Source: Octopus bimaculoides (Eukaryota). Taken from it: a stretch of 64,000 nt of DNA. The stretch lies in contig NC_069007.1 of the NCBI RefSeq assembly GCF_001194135.2, positions 20,796,418-20,860,417 on the forward strand. Reading direction: 5' to 3'. The notes under the pieces were generated by a model. It did not search any database, had not been told where the DNA came from, and was given only the letters and a program-made list of their open reading frames with translations. How positions within the stretch are numbered: position 1 is the first letter of the stretch; each line of letters starts with the position of its first letter. Made by a program: the position numbers and the translations under genes. Shown one piece after another: positions 52,096 through 64,000 of the stretch.

Positions 52096-54855
52096 TTAAA
52101 AGTTAGGTAACTGCTGTACATTGTCGAGGGCAGATTTCGAGTCTGACTTGTGCATGAGAAAGTAGCCTTGGAGCTGGGCTGCACTGATTTCTTGGCTCTC
52201 AGCTAAAAGTTGGTCAGCGAACTGTTCTGCCATGCTCTCGAGTTCCTCCGGATAGAAGCGTAGAAACATGGTCTTTATTTGATGTTTTGAGGCAAAGTCA
52301 ATCTTCTCTTTGATATCCACTCGACCAGGTCGGATCAGTGCAGAGTCGAGTCTGCAAAAGAAAGAAAAAAAAAAAGCAGAAAAAGAGAGAGGAGAGGACA
52401 ATGATGAGTATAGAGTAGGGGTTCTCAACTATTTTCTGTCTATGGACCCCTTTAATTCCTGTTTTACTTTGCTGGACGCCCATAGCAATTTGAAGTTTAA
52501 AAAAATTTCATTATTTACTTAAAATCAATCATTTTGTTATTCTTTCGCTTGTTTCAGTCATTTTACTGCAGCCATGCTGGAGCACCGCCTTAAAGGGATT
52601 TCAGTTGCAGATATCAACTCCAGGATTTATTTTATTGGACTCTTTGCCGAACCGCCAAGTAACATGAATGTAAACACACCAACGTCTGTTGTCAAGTGAT
52701 TGTTGGGAGACAAACAGACACAAAGACATACATACATAAGTATATATACATATATATATGACAGGCTTCTTTCAGTTTCCGTCTACCAAACCCACTTACA
52801 AGGCTTTGGCCGGCCCAAGGCTATAGTAGAAGACATTTGCCCACGGTGCCACACATCGGGTGGCTTTCAAGCTAGTTTAACATATTCATGTACTCAAATG
52901 ACTGAAACGAGTAAAAGAATAAATTAACGAATGAAGGAATAAAAGTCATTAAGAACTTACCTGTTTAAATAATTAGTTGTCATGAAAACTATGCGTCCTT
53001 CTGCAGAAGCGACTCCATCCAGAGCATTGAGTAAACCACTGAGTGTCAAACGGCCAAACCCTTGGTAAGCAGCAGGATCTGGGGACAGAAACCATAAAAT
53101 GGGTTGGAGAGGGTGAAGGAGAGATGGCTTAGTGGTTAGGGTAATCAACTCATGATCGTAAGTTCATGAGTTCGAATCCTGGTGATGCATTGTGTCCTTG
53201 AGCAAGACACTTTATTCCACGTTGCTTCAGTCTGCTCAGCTGGCAAAAATGAGTAGTACCTGTAATTCAAATGGGACCAGCCTTGTCAGATTCTGTGTCA
53301 CGCTGAAGCTGAATCTCGCTGAGTCCTACGTTAAGGGTATGGGTGTCTGTGGAGTGCTCAGCCACTTGCACGTTAATTTCATGAGCAGGCTGTTCTGTTG
53401 ATCAGATCAACTGGAATCTTTATTGTAATAGGTGAAGAGGAAGAGTGAAGAAGAAGAAGAGGAGGAAGTGGAAGGAGAAGAGGAGGAAGTTGAGGGAGAA
53501 GAGGAGATCAAGACGTAGATAAAGAGGCAGAGTACTTACTTTCAACAGAAAGATCACGGCTGACAAAAGCAGCATCTATGTCTTCAAGAAGGATGATGCT
53601 CTGTTCGGGTGCTGTGGTCAGGAGGTGAGCCACCCGGTCATCTGTGAGGCTGCGTTCACTGAGGTTCATAACACAAATGTGATAATCCAGTTTACCTGTT
53701 CACAGAAACACCAAATCAAGTCAATGAACTAACATGGTTAACTGCAAGTTGTATGTGTGTGTGTGTGTGAAGAGGTCAGAGGTCACTGAGGTGAGAATAT
53801 GATCATCATTTAAAGTCCTCCTTCCATGCTGGCATGGGTTGGGGGGTTCCATAGAACCCGGCAAACCAGAAAACTACGCCAAGCTTCAATGTCCGTTTTG
53901 GTCACATATCTATTGAAATGTATTTCTGCTGTTTCAATTTTATGTTGAAACTGACCAGATCCACTCTCTCACACCTACCCTACAATGTTGTTCTAAAACT
54001 AAACAATCACATCTTCAAAAATATTAAAGCTACAAGATACTTCATAATTAATTTGATTACATTTGATAAATTAATCTGAATGCTAAAAGAGTTAATTATT
54101 CTTCAAAATGTTTCCTTACCAGCCAGTGCTACAATGTAACTGCTTTTCCCACAACCTGGGGGTCCATAAAGCAGGTAACCCCTGCGATAGGGGATACCTC
54201 TATCTGTATACCACTTGACACTGGAGATGAATTCATTTATGTCTTCTAATATTCCCTCTGAAATGCCATGATCAAGAATGACCGAGTGCAAGGGACGTTT
54301 GCGCTTCGGGTAACCCAGCTGTCGCCATTCGGCACCCATTGGTGTGTACATGACCGTCCTTCCCTCCTGCTCTTTCAGTGCAATTTCTCGTGCCTCATTC
54401 AAAATGTCGATGAACAGTTGTTTGTTTTGCCCAACAGCCGTCAACGAGACCGTCTCGAAGGGTGTCCCCGTCGTGAAGTCACCCATCGTTTTCTCGCGGT
54501 TTCGCTCCACTTTGAACCAGTTGCCTTTATGCTTGAAAAAATGGTCGCCGGGACTTGGCACAAAGTCAAAGTACGTGAAGACACGACCTGTGTCCGACTG
54601 ATGGTACTTGGTGTGAACGCTAAGATGCTGCGTGCGTTTGTACGCTCGGTTGGAGATCCAGTGCAACAGCCAGCGGTAGCTCTTGTCCGAGCTCGGTACT
54701 TCTAAGCTGATCAGGTAGTTTCTTCGTAACAGGATCACACCATACTGACTTAATTTCCGCAGTGCTGCCATTCCAGTTCCAACACCTACCAGCCCAAATC
54801 CAGCACCAAAATAGGGATTTGTGGTCAGGGATCCCAGAAGGTCTACAACCGTCAT
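52096..54855 (-). CDS. BCS1L: Mitochondrial chaperone BCS1 (AAA ATPase), about 421 aa; coding exons 54855-54120, 53695-53540, 53078-52961, 52351-52096
   Basis: N-terminal [16 protein letters not shown], then [18 protein letters not shown] (Walker A), [11 protein letters not shown] (Walker B), [25 protein letters not shown] and [16 protein letters not shown] introns, total 1266 nt. An acceptor at 54877-54878 implies an upstream non-coding exon. Confidence 0.96.
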
Positions 54856-56475
54856 ACTGTGTCAAAGATATGTAATCTGGAATAAAAACGAAAAAGAATC
54901 AACATAAAATAAAACTAATTCATTAAGATTATTCATATTGTGATCATTACAATCGTTAAGCCCCAGGTCAGTCTTGGCTGAGCAGACGTTTGTTTAACCC
55001 TTTAACATTCAGATTATTCGGTCAAATCTAAAGCTTATTTATCCCCTTTGTTTTGAATTAATCATGGATTATCTCATACCAGACTTAAAAATAGCGCGTA
55101 CTGCTGTAGAATTGTTCGACCTGAGTCTTCGAGAACGATGTTCGCAGTTCAATAACTGAAACAATTACAAGGCTGAAAGAACGCCGTTGGGAAGGAAGGA
55201 TAGCCAGGACTTTATGCAACCATGTATGTAGATATATATATATATATATTGCCGGACCTGTAAAGTTACGAGGAGGTAAACAAACCAACACCTGTTGTCA
55301 AGCGGTGTGCAGACGGGCGGGAACAAAGGTGTATACACAGACGCGCCTAAAGAAAGAAATAGATAGACAGACAGATGGACAAACAGACAAATAGTCTGGC
55401 AGACAACAAACCAACACGTGTCATTGTCGGCCCGGTCCTCAAGGTGACGCGCAGTGGGATTGAACACGAAACCACGTTGTTGTGAAGCGAACTTCCAAAC
55501 TAGACAGTAATGGGAAGATATAAAAATGTTAAATCATCTTCATTTAATCATGACAATTTATCCAGCCCCTTATTAATCCACAAAACTCCCCCCGTAATGA
55601 GAAATTATTCCCGTATTTTTGTCCGGTACGAAGTGGTGATTTTAAAGAAAAAATTGGCTGTTATATTTAGTATGTTGAATGACCACATAAAGGCAAGGAA
55701 ATAACACAGTAAATATGATAGATACCTGTGGATAGCGAAGTTATCCTACAGAGAGATCTTGAGGTGAGGCAAAATAAGTTACGAACATATGATCGCCTTG
55801 GTGACCTCTGTGTTAAGAGACATGTGAGAAAGTGATAGCAAAAATAATGGGAAATATATAAAAATAGATTGGCTATGCCGAAAGAACGAAAAGAATAAGT
55901 TTATGCTCCAAAAAGTAGATTATCATAGTTAAGGTTTTAATTTCTCAACAACAATTAGTTAAATTATTTAAGTAGCTCCGTAGAACATAAGACATAAATA
56001 ACCACATTTCTGTATTGGTCGAGAGGAAAATCGTAAAAATCCTGTAGCTTTTCAAGACATTTGGTGGGGTCGGACCACTGACTGCGAGATTCCTGTCTTC
56101 ACTGGTCTGCTCGCCTAGCAGAGGTAACAGGTGAAGCGCATGAGGGCTCTTGGTTGTTCCAGCACAGCATTATCGTCATCACCAGTGGCAACGGTGCCGG
56201 CGTACCTCAAAGGTCATTAGAGAGGTTTCCCAGCGCCCCCAAATTTTCATCTTAAGGTGGTGAATTTGTTTCTTCTTTTCGCTCTTATGTATATATTTAA
56301 GTATAAATAAAATATGTTATGTCTGACATAGACAAAAAAAAGAATTAAACCTACTCTTGTTATTGGATTACTTATTCTATTCGCGGCATACCTACATAAA
56401 TTTACCTCACCCCGATTTGTTTCCTCGTAAGGTTAAGAAAAATGGATATTTCTTAATGAAATTTTCTTCAAATAT

Positions 56476-56656
56476 CTTTCAGATGGTGTAGATTACGATT
56501 ATATCGGAATTTAATATGGAAAAAAAAAAAAAAAAAAAAAAAAATGCTGTGCGTGCGCACACATACTGTCACACGTCACATATATCCACAAAACGTAACT
56601 GATAACTTCTTTTCAAATTAAATTCTGATATAATCGTAATCTACTCCATCTGAAAG
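56476..56656. repeat. Inverted repeat (40-bp arms, 2 mismatches) around a poly(A) spacer; MITE-like, with a related sequence at ~42150-42270
   Basis: ctttcagatggtgtagattacgattatatcggaatttaat (56476-56515) pairs with 56617-56656. Confidence 0.8.
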
Positions 56657-56899
56657 GTGTTTGTATGAATTTTTATTTAAAAACAAATACTACAACCTTT
56701 CTGATAACTTTTTACCATTTTTAATTCCACCCCTAACAAAAAAAATCATTCTTTCGTCCATTTAGGAACTTATCATTATTTTTTCCCTTCCGTATTTACT
56801 AGTTATGTAACATTTTCATTGTATTTAAATAATTTTGTCTGATTTCTTAATGTTTTTATTTATCTTTCATTAAATTTCTTTTTAATTAAGAATGAAAAA

Positions 56900-57650
56900 A
56901 AATTCAAGGTTTCGTCGTCTACACACAGACATACCGATTTCCGGTGTATCGATAGCAAAGGCTTCTGATTGGCTAAAATTCCAAACTTTAAAATGTTTGT
57001 AACTTTTTTATTCTCAATTACGAAGAGAAACGAAAGTGATTTTCGTCATTAGCATGCAAGAGTACACCAGCGTAGAAAATTTGAATTAAATCTGACGATG
57101 CAAACGAAACCATCAACGTCTGCTTGTTATGACTTGCTTACTCAATATCGTGAACATTCCCGCTGCAGATATTCGGGTTTGTACAGAGAATATAGAGAGA
57201 GGGGCGTGGGATTTTTACCTTAGGATTTGACATTAGTCCATATCAAACCTTTTGAAATAATCCCGATTCATTACGACCGCATACATGCACTTGAACATAA
57301 TTAAATCAAACGTAATTAATGGGACAACCGTATATTTTCTTTTCCGGTTTCAGTCCTACATAACCATATCTTGTATCATTTTAACCATGTTAGATTTACC
57401 GATTCCACCAGAACGTCTGCTATCAGACATTTGTACGGGCTTTCTATTTGTTTCCACATATATTTGTATAATCTTCCATTAGATATAGCGATGTTTCGTA
57501 ATATAGATGTAAAAGTCTTTACCTGCAACTGTGAGTAATACCTGTATAGAACATAGTCAACCTCAAGCAGTCTAGAGGTAAGAAAATACCATGTCTACAT
57601 TGCATAGTTTCTACATACATAAATAAAAGACTCATGATATCGAAGGTAAG
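56900..57650. promoter_or_regulatory. Candidate divergent promoter region between BCS1L (-) and the first zinc-finger gene (+)
   Basis: The genes are head-to-head. TATCGATA (DRE-like) at 56947, ATTGG at 56968 and GGGGCGTGG at 57201. Candidate donors lie on minus at ~57219 and on plus (GTAAGA) at ~57578 and ~57645. The motifs are short and may be repeat-derived. Confidence 0.35.
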
Positions 57651-57708
57651 AAACTGAACTATCATACATTATTTATAAACAGACATTTCTCAGCCTTTAA
57701 GAATTAAT

Positions 57709-59289
57709 ATGGAAGACATTAAATGTTTGGACACTTTTAACATGACTGTTTTTAACGATATAGATTCAGTTACACAGACAGACAGAGATGAGAAACCTTT
57801 ATTGAATGAAACAGTTCCTGATCAAAGATCAATCCAGAGAAATATTCCTGAATATTGCTGTGAGATCTGTCGGAAAACGTTCTCTTCTGAACATGAAGTT
57901 TTCACACACAAAGAAACACATCATAGAAAAACATCCCACAACTACGGAATGTATGGTAAATATTTTGTCTTTAACAGTAAACACAAAAGAACATACGCTG
58001 GAGAAAAACCATTCCATTGTGATATATGCGGGAAATCTTTTATGTCTTATAATAAATTAACAAGGCACAAACGAATACATACTGGAGAAAAAATCCATCA
58101 ATGCGAAATATGTGGTAAATCTTTTTCTGTTAGTTCTTGCCTTGTACTTCATAAAAGAACTCACACAGGAGAAAAACCTTACCATTGTGACGTCTGTGGA
58201 AAATCGTTCTCTGGTAAATTTAGTCTTGTCGTTCACACTAGAATTCATGCTGAAGAAAAACCTTTTCACTGTGATTTATGTGGGAAATCGTTTACTCAGA
58301 ATTCTCACCTTGTCGTTCACAAATCCATACACACCGGAGAGAAACCCTTCCTCTGCGATATCTGTGGGAAATCTTTTGTGTCGAACAATAAACTAACAAG
58401 GCATACAAGGATACACACTGGAGAAAGGCCTTATCATTGTGAGATATGTGGCAAATCTTTTTCTGCTAGTTCTTGTCTTGTACTTCATAAAAGAACACAC
58501 ACTGGAGAGAAACCATTTCGTTGTGAATTATGTGGTAAGTCGTTCTCTGGTAAGTTTAGTCTTGTTGTTCACACTAGAATTCATGCCAGAGAAAAGCCAT
58601 TCCACTGTGAAATATGTGGGAAATCCTTCTCTAGTAATTCTCATCTTGTCGTTCACAAAAGGATTCACACAGGAGAGAAACCTTTTAGCTGTGAAATTTG
58701 TGGGAAATCTTTTATCTCTAATAATAAATTAACAAGACACGTAAGGGTTCACACTGGAGAAAAACCTTATCATTGTGAGATATGTGGCAAATCCTTCTCT
58801 GTTAATTCTTGCGTTATAGTTCATAAAAGAACACATACTGGAGAAAAATCCTACCATTGTCAGCTGTGTGGGAAATCGTTTCTCACCAGTACTCAGTTAA
58901 AAACACACAAACAAATACACAATGGGGGAAAGGTGTTTCACTGTGAACTATGTGGTAAATTATTTTCTGATAATTCTCGTTTTGTAGTTCATAAAAAAAT
59001 GCATGCAGGAGAAAAACCTTTTGATTGTGATACTTGTGGAAAAGCATTCATGCAGAAGTCTCATCTTGTAGTTCACAAACGTATTCACACTGGAGAAAAA
59101 CCTTATTGTTGTGAAACTTGTGGCAAGTCCTTTATTACTAACAGTTACTTAACAAAACACAAACGTACACACACCGGAGAAAAGCCATTTAGGTGTGACA
59201 CATGTGGGAAGTGTTTTTCCACAAACGGTAATTTAAAGACACATAAACGAATTCATACTAGAGAGAAATCTTCCAAATGTAAAATTTGA
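57709..59289 (+). CDS. C2H2 (Kruppel-type) zinc-finger protein, 526 aa, with 15 tandem canonical fingers plus one isolated and one degenerate N-terminal finger
   Basis: Single uninterrupted ORF of repeated CxxCGKSFxxxxxLxxHxxxH units with TGEKP-type linkers. No KRAB/BTB-like domain is recognisable. It fits the known coleoid C2H2 expansion. Confidence 0.93.
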   Translation: MEDIKCLDTFNMTVFNDIDSVTQTDRDEKPLLNETVPDQRSIQRNIPEYCCEICRKTFSSEHEVFTHKETHHRKTSHNYGMYGKYFVFNSKHKRTYAGEKPFHCDICGKSFMSYNKLTRHKRIHTGEKIHQCEICGKSFSVSSCLVLHKRTHTGEKPYHCDVCGKSFSGKFSLVVHTRIHAEEKPFHCDLCGKSFTQNSHLVVHKSIHTGEKPFLCDICGKSFVSNNKLTRHTRIHTGERPYHCEICGKSFSASSCLVLHKRTHTGEKPFRCELCGKSFSGKFSLVVHTRIHAREKPFHCEICGKSFSSNSHLVVHKRIHTGEKPFSCEICGKSFISNNKLTRHVRVHTGEKPYHCEICGKSFSVNSCVIVHKRTHTGEKSYHCQLCGKSFLTSTQLKTHKQIHNGGKVFHCELCGKLFSDNSRFVVHKKMHAGEKPFDCDTCGKAFMQKSHLVVHKRIHTGEKPYCCETCGKSFITNSYLTKHKRTHTGEKPFRCDTCGKCFSTNGNLKTHKRIHTREKSSKCKI

Positions 59290-60607
59290 GAAATAATTCT
59301 CTTGCAAATCTAAACTTTTGGTCCATCAACAAGTACATGTAGGCAAGCATTTATTGTGGTGAATTTAAGTTTTCTTCACTTGAATTTTCATTTTGTAATC
59401 TGCAAATTTGGTTTTGTTTGAGAGAAATCCTTTTTTCTAAAATGAGTGAGGAATCCTTATTTTTGAATTATAAACTTGTAGTTGGTAAACAAATGCATTC
59501 TAAAGAAAAAGGTGTGTAAGAAACTATTCCTTGTAGACTGTTTTGTAATTCACAGACATCTTCAAAGTCACAGACACCTGGAAGAAAGATCTAGTCACTG
59601 TGGTTTGTCTTTCTTAAAGAGACACTATCTCATTAATCATAATTAGAAAAAAAAAACAAAAAACACCGGGGCAAAACTTTAACACTTCAGCATTTGAACC
59701 AGCCATATCCAGCCCAAGTATTCTGTTTCATGTTCAAAACTATCCAGATGCAGTCTGTCACACCTACCCTATTATGTCACTCTAATAAAAAACCAATCAC
59801 ATTGTTGAAATCTCAAAGCTACAAGATAATCCATGATTAATTCAAAACATTGTGAATAAATAAGCATTGCATTTGACAAAGAACTATGAGTGTTAAAGGT
59901 TTAAACTAGCCTCTCACACCTACCCTACAATGTCATTCTAAAAATAAAGAATCACATAATTAAAATCTCAAAGCTACAAGATATTGCATGATTAATTCCA
60001 AACAAAGTGAATATAAATAGGCATTGCATTTGACGGAGATGTCTGGATGTTAAAAGATTGAAGATGTAAAATTTATGGAAAACTAATTCCATCCAGAAGA
60101 ATTGTTTGTAACCATTTTGGTACCAACTCACCTGAAACTGCCACTGATATTGAAATACTAACATTCCAGTTTTAATATGATCCAAATTAAAACTTTCTCC
60201 CAAAATTTCATGCTAATTTGTGTTCCAAACACTATATTAATAAAGACAAAGTTATTTGATCAAATTCTTCAATATTTTCCAAATCATTTGGAACAAAGCC
60301 AGTATATTTCAGTAGAAATATGGCAATAAAATAGTTAAAGTGTTCTAAATTAAAACCAGCTGTCAAATTTTATCTTAATTTATGTTCTAAATGGTGTATC
60401 GACACCTCTTCTGCCTCCAGGGTACATACTCCTCCTGTTCCACTGTGTATATATATGTATTTGTGTGTATTATATATATATATATATATAAATTTAGTGA
60501 ATGGAGTAAAACGCATATGTTAACTGCATATATATATATATAGTAGCAATGATAGATCGTTGACCAAAGACCATCCAATTTTTTTTCTCCATGTTTTTCT
60601 CCTTGTT

Positions 60608-60644
60608 TCTTTCTGTTGAAGAGCGTAGCTCGAAACGTTAAAGA
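60608..60644 (+). ncRNA. Minimal hammerhead-ribozyme-like motif within a Penelope-type terminal repeat (variant core)
   Basis: TCTTT-CTGTTGA-A-GAGC gta GCTC-GAAAC-GTT-AAAGA: stem I TCTTT/AAAGA, stem II GAGC/GCTC, palindromic ACGT at stem III and an NUH site. A degenerate copy lies on the minus strand at ~13030-13190. Confidence 0.5.
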
Positions 60645-60733
60645 CTTTCTCTATTCCCGAGCGTTAAACTAATACATCCTTTTGTTGTTTACACCACCTG
60701 TCCTCGTCTGTTGTTTTTTTTCCGTACATTCTC

Positions 60734-60786
<53 letters not shown>

Positions 60787-60804
60787 CACACACACACACA
60801 CACA

Positions 60805-61036
60805 CAGGGTTGGCCAAAAGTCATCCGACAGTAAATCGAAATTCCATAAATGCTATCTGTAATTCTGTATTGAATTGAATGGAAAAATGTGTCGCTCAAG
60901 AAGGACTTCAGTTTGAACAATTTTCATGATATTTCATATTTAGAAACTTTTATTAAATTCATTCTGTTATTAAACATCAATAAATCTTGGAATTAAATGG
61001 TTTTGATTTACTGTCAGGTGACTTTTGGCCACCCCT
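60805..61036. mobile_element. Tc1/mariner-type MITE
   Basis: About 40-bp imperfect TIRs (cagggttggccaaaagtcatccgacagtaaatc / gatttactgtcaggtgacttttggccacccct), followed by TA at the right end. Confidence 0.8.
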
Positions 61037-62952
61037 ATATATATATAAATTATTTGTTCACATATGGGCTACAAAAACGGTCTTTGTATATTTTTGTTGG
61101 TCGAAATCATTCACACCAGTCTGTAATTCCTGATGAGGAATCTAATTTGTATTTCATTGAAGAGTTTTTTGTCTTTGTCTTTGGAATTAATTAAATGATT
61201 GCAGCAATGTTGTTGAAGAATGAAATAATTGTCATTTAAACCCTAAGCTATCTAAAATACTTCAGGACATTTGTTGAACGAAGAGTTAGTTCCCCTCGAC
61301 CGTTAACTGTCCAGTCTTACTAATTCTGTTTGTTTCCTCCTATTGTTTCATACACATCTTTATTCCTTGATCAATTTCACTTCATAACTGATAATTATTA
61401 GCAGACCGAATTAGATATGAACGATTTTTTAATTAACTGTGGAATGAAATAAATACAAGTCTTTATTATGTTGACCTGTAAAATCTAGAAATTCTCTTGG
61501 TGCTGTCTACATATTGTGTGTGACGTATTCCTCGGACGAAAGTAACGAATACGTATACACAGTGTTTTGTCGGACTTTCCGGTTGGAGCGTATATAAAAA
61601 TTGAAGATTTTGAAAACTTCAAAAACATTTTGAAATCCCGTTTTTAATTTTTTGCAGATTCGGAATCTCCGCAGTCGAAAAGGTGAGTTTCTATAGAGAA
61701 AAATAACCAAAAGGGAGTGCGGGCCATGTCCTTTACCTCTGCCAAAATATCTATGTAAAGATTTATGTTGTAAATGTGTTATTTTACGCATATCTGTGTT
61801 TCGGTGTGTTCTGTAAGCTAAACGGCAGGTGCACTTAAACAAGGTTATATGTCTTCCACTGTTTCGTTTTCCTTTTGGCTGCCCCATTCCAGTTTTTTTA
61901 TTTCCCATATTTTGCTATTAACCGTAAAAGAAATTCCGTATTTCTGAATATCCTCACCATTTGCATCTATACCTATACAGACACTTTTATACATACACAT
62001 AATGGATCTCCGTCGTTCGTCGATAAGAATTCAGGTGTAAGACCAACTGAATTACCTACCCCTGAATTCCCGTGAGTCGCTGGTACGTGGAAGTCTTCAT
62101 ACAAGAACCTCTGACACGAAGCTGACCTCTTTGGAATTGCTGGTAGAGCAGTTTCCTACTGTCCAATTTCATTCTGGTCAACTGGACACTGCAGAAAGTG
62201 TCATTTGTCCAAAGTGTCACGCAGTAGGACAGAACGAGGGACCTCGTGGTTAAGGAAACGTCTTGACCATTCGGCCGTACTGTGCCAACATATATCTTCG
62301 CGCGCGCGCGAAGAAACTGCTTGATGACGTGGAACTTCGCAAGAAAGTTTTAACACTGGAAAACTTCAAGGTGCGTACATCAAGGTTTATTTCTAAAGCA
62401 TATCTGTGTCTGTCTATCTATCTATCTATCAATTTATTTTTATCTATCTATTTATCTTTATTTATCTATCCACCTGTTAGTCTGCCTATCGATCTGTGTG
62501 TCTCTCTATCCATCTGTGTGTCTCTCTATCCATCTATTTATCTATCTATCTCTATCTACCTACGTACCTATCTATCTATCTATCTACCTACCGATGTACC
62601 TATCAATCAATCAATCTATCTGTCTATCGATATAGAAATACAGTGAAATTTCCATTGTTGAAGTTCTACTTATTAAGATTCCTCAATATCTTGTCCTGTT
62701 TTTCTCTAATTTCAGAATATCAGATGAAAAGAACATTTGACTGCAGTTCTTATTTATTTTATGTTTTAAAGACTAATGGAAGATACACAAAACAAACACC
62801 TTCATTTTTGTATAAATCTCTGAAGAATTACAGTGAAATATTTCTTGTGAATTGAGATTGAGAACAAAATCTATCTACTTCACAATTTGGAATTTATTCA
62901 AAATGATTTGATATTCAAGTGAAAATTGGAGAAAATTTACCTTTTAAATGTG

Positions 62953-64000
62953 ATGGCAGCAAAGTCATTACACCAGTGTGATATATGTAAAAAGACTTTC
63001 TCTCATGGAGGCAACCTTACTACCCACAAACTCATTCATACAGGAGACAAACCCTATCACTGTGATATCTGTGGGAAATCATTCTCTCGAGCAAGTACTT
63101 TAACTACACACAAATATATTCATACTGGAGAGAAGCCATATCGCTGCGATATCTGTGGTAAATTATTCTCTCATGCAGGTACCTTAACAAGACACAAACG
63201 TATTCATACAGGAGATAAACCATATCGCTGTGATATCTGTGGTAAATCATTCTCCCAAAATGATCATTTAGGTAGCCACAAACACATTCATACTGGAGAG
63301 AAGCCATACCATTGTGATATCTGTGGCAAGTCCTTCTCAGAGACAAGTAGCTTAACTGCTCACAAACGCTTTCATACAGGTGAGAAGCCTTATCACTGTG
63401 ATGTCTGTGGTAAGTCATTCTCTCAGAGAGGTAACTTATCTACACACATGTTTATTCATACAGGAGAAAAAAAATACCATTGTGATATTTGTGGTATGTT
63501 ATTCTCACGCAGGTTTCACTTAACTCGACACAAACTCACTCATACAGGCGAGAGATCATACAGCTGTGATATCTGTGGTAAATCATTCTCTGAAAGTAGT
63601 ATCGTAATTAAGCACAAACGCATTCATACCGGAGAGAAACCATATCACTGTAATATCTGTGGCAAATCATTCTCAGGAGGAAGTACCCTAACTATTCACA
63701 AACGGATTCACACAGGAGAGAAACCATATCACTGTGACATCTGTGGTAAATCTTTCTCTGCAAGTTTTGGTTTAACTAGACACAAACGAATTCATACAGG
63801 AGAAAAGCCATATGAGTGTGATATCTGTGGTAAAACGTTCTGCGATGGAAGTGCATTAGTTACTCACAAACGGATTCATACAGGAGAGAAACCATATCAC
63901 TGTGACATCTGTGGTAAGTCTTTTGCGCAAAGTGGTGAATTAAACCAACACAAATGCATTCATACTGGAGAGAAACCATATCAATGTGACACCTGTGGTA
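62953..64000 (+). CDS. Second C2H2 zinc-finger gene, 3'-partial (runs off the window), with 12 complete fingers plus a partial one at 84-bp spacing from 62977
   Basis: Manual translation from ATG 62953 ([44 protein letters not shown]...) stays open to 64000. It is absent from the ORF track because no stop lies in the window. The start codon is uncertain. Confidence 0.9.
   Translation, partial: MAAKSLHQCDICKKTFSHGGNLTTHKLIHTGDKPYHCDICGKSFSRASTLTTHKYIHTGEKPYRCDICGKLFSHAGTLTRHKRIHTGDKPYRCDICGKSFSQNDHLGSHKHIHTGEKPYHCDICGKSFSETSSLTAHKRFHTGEKPYHCDVCGKSFSQRGNLSTHMFIHTGEKKYHCDICGMLFSRRFHLTRHKLTHTGERSYSCDICGKSFSESSIVIKHKRIHTGEKPYHCNICGKSFSGGSTLTIHKRIHTGEKPYHCDICGKSFSASFGLTRHKRIHTGEKPYECDICGKTFCDGSALVTHKRIHTGEKPYHCDICGKSFAQSGELNQHKCIHTGEKPYQCDTCG

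Overview
AT-rich eukaryotic draft-genome window with many N gaps. It is most likely a coleoid cephalopod (Octopus-like); this is inferred from the tRNA-derived SINE families, dense microsatellites and TGEKP C2H2 zinc-finger arrays. By splicing exons manually I can build seven protein-coding genes: NCBP2 (minus, 4 coding exons), PIGZ (plus, with a large Q/K-rich insertion, 3' end in a gap), a secreted S1 serine protease (plus, 6 exons), STK16 (plus, start codon in a gap), BCS1L (minus, 4 coding exons) and two C2H2 zinc-finger genes (plus; the second runs off the window). The first ~15 kb appears non-coding and repeat-dominated. The most notable observations are: NCBP2-PIGZ adjacency shared with human 3q29; a periodic UGCAUG (RBFOX-type) minisatellite just after the STK16 stop; a pre-miRNA-like intronic hairpin in NCBP2; a minimal hammerhead-like motif; a composite hAT MITE with one shared 8-bp target-site duplication; head-to-tail SINE arrays built on (ATT)n tails; and a zinc-finger protein with a 4-finger periodicity. 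All coordinates were counted by eye; no alignments or folding programs were run.
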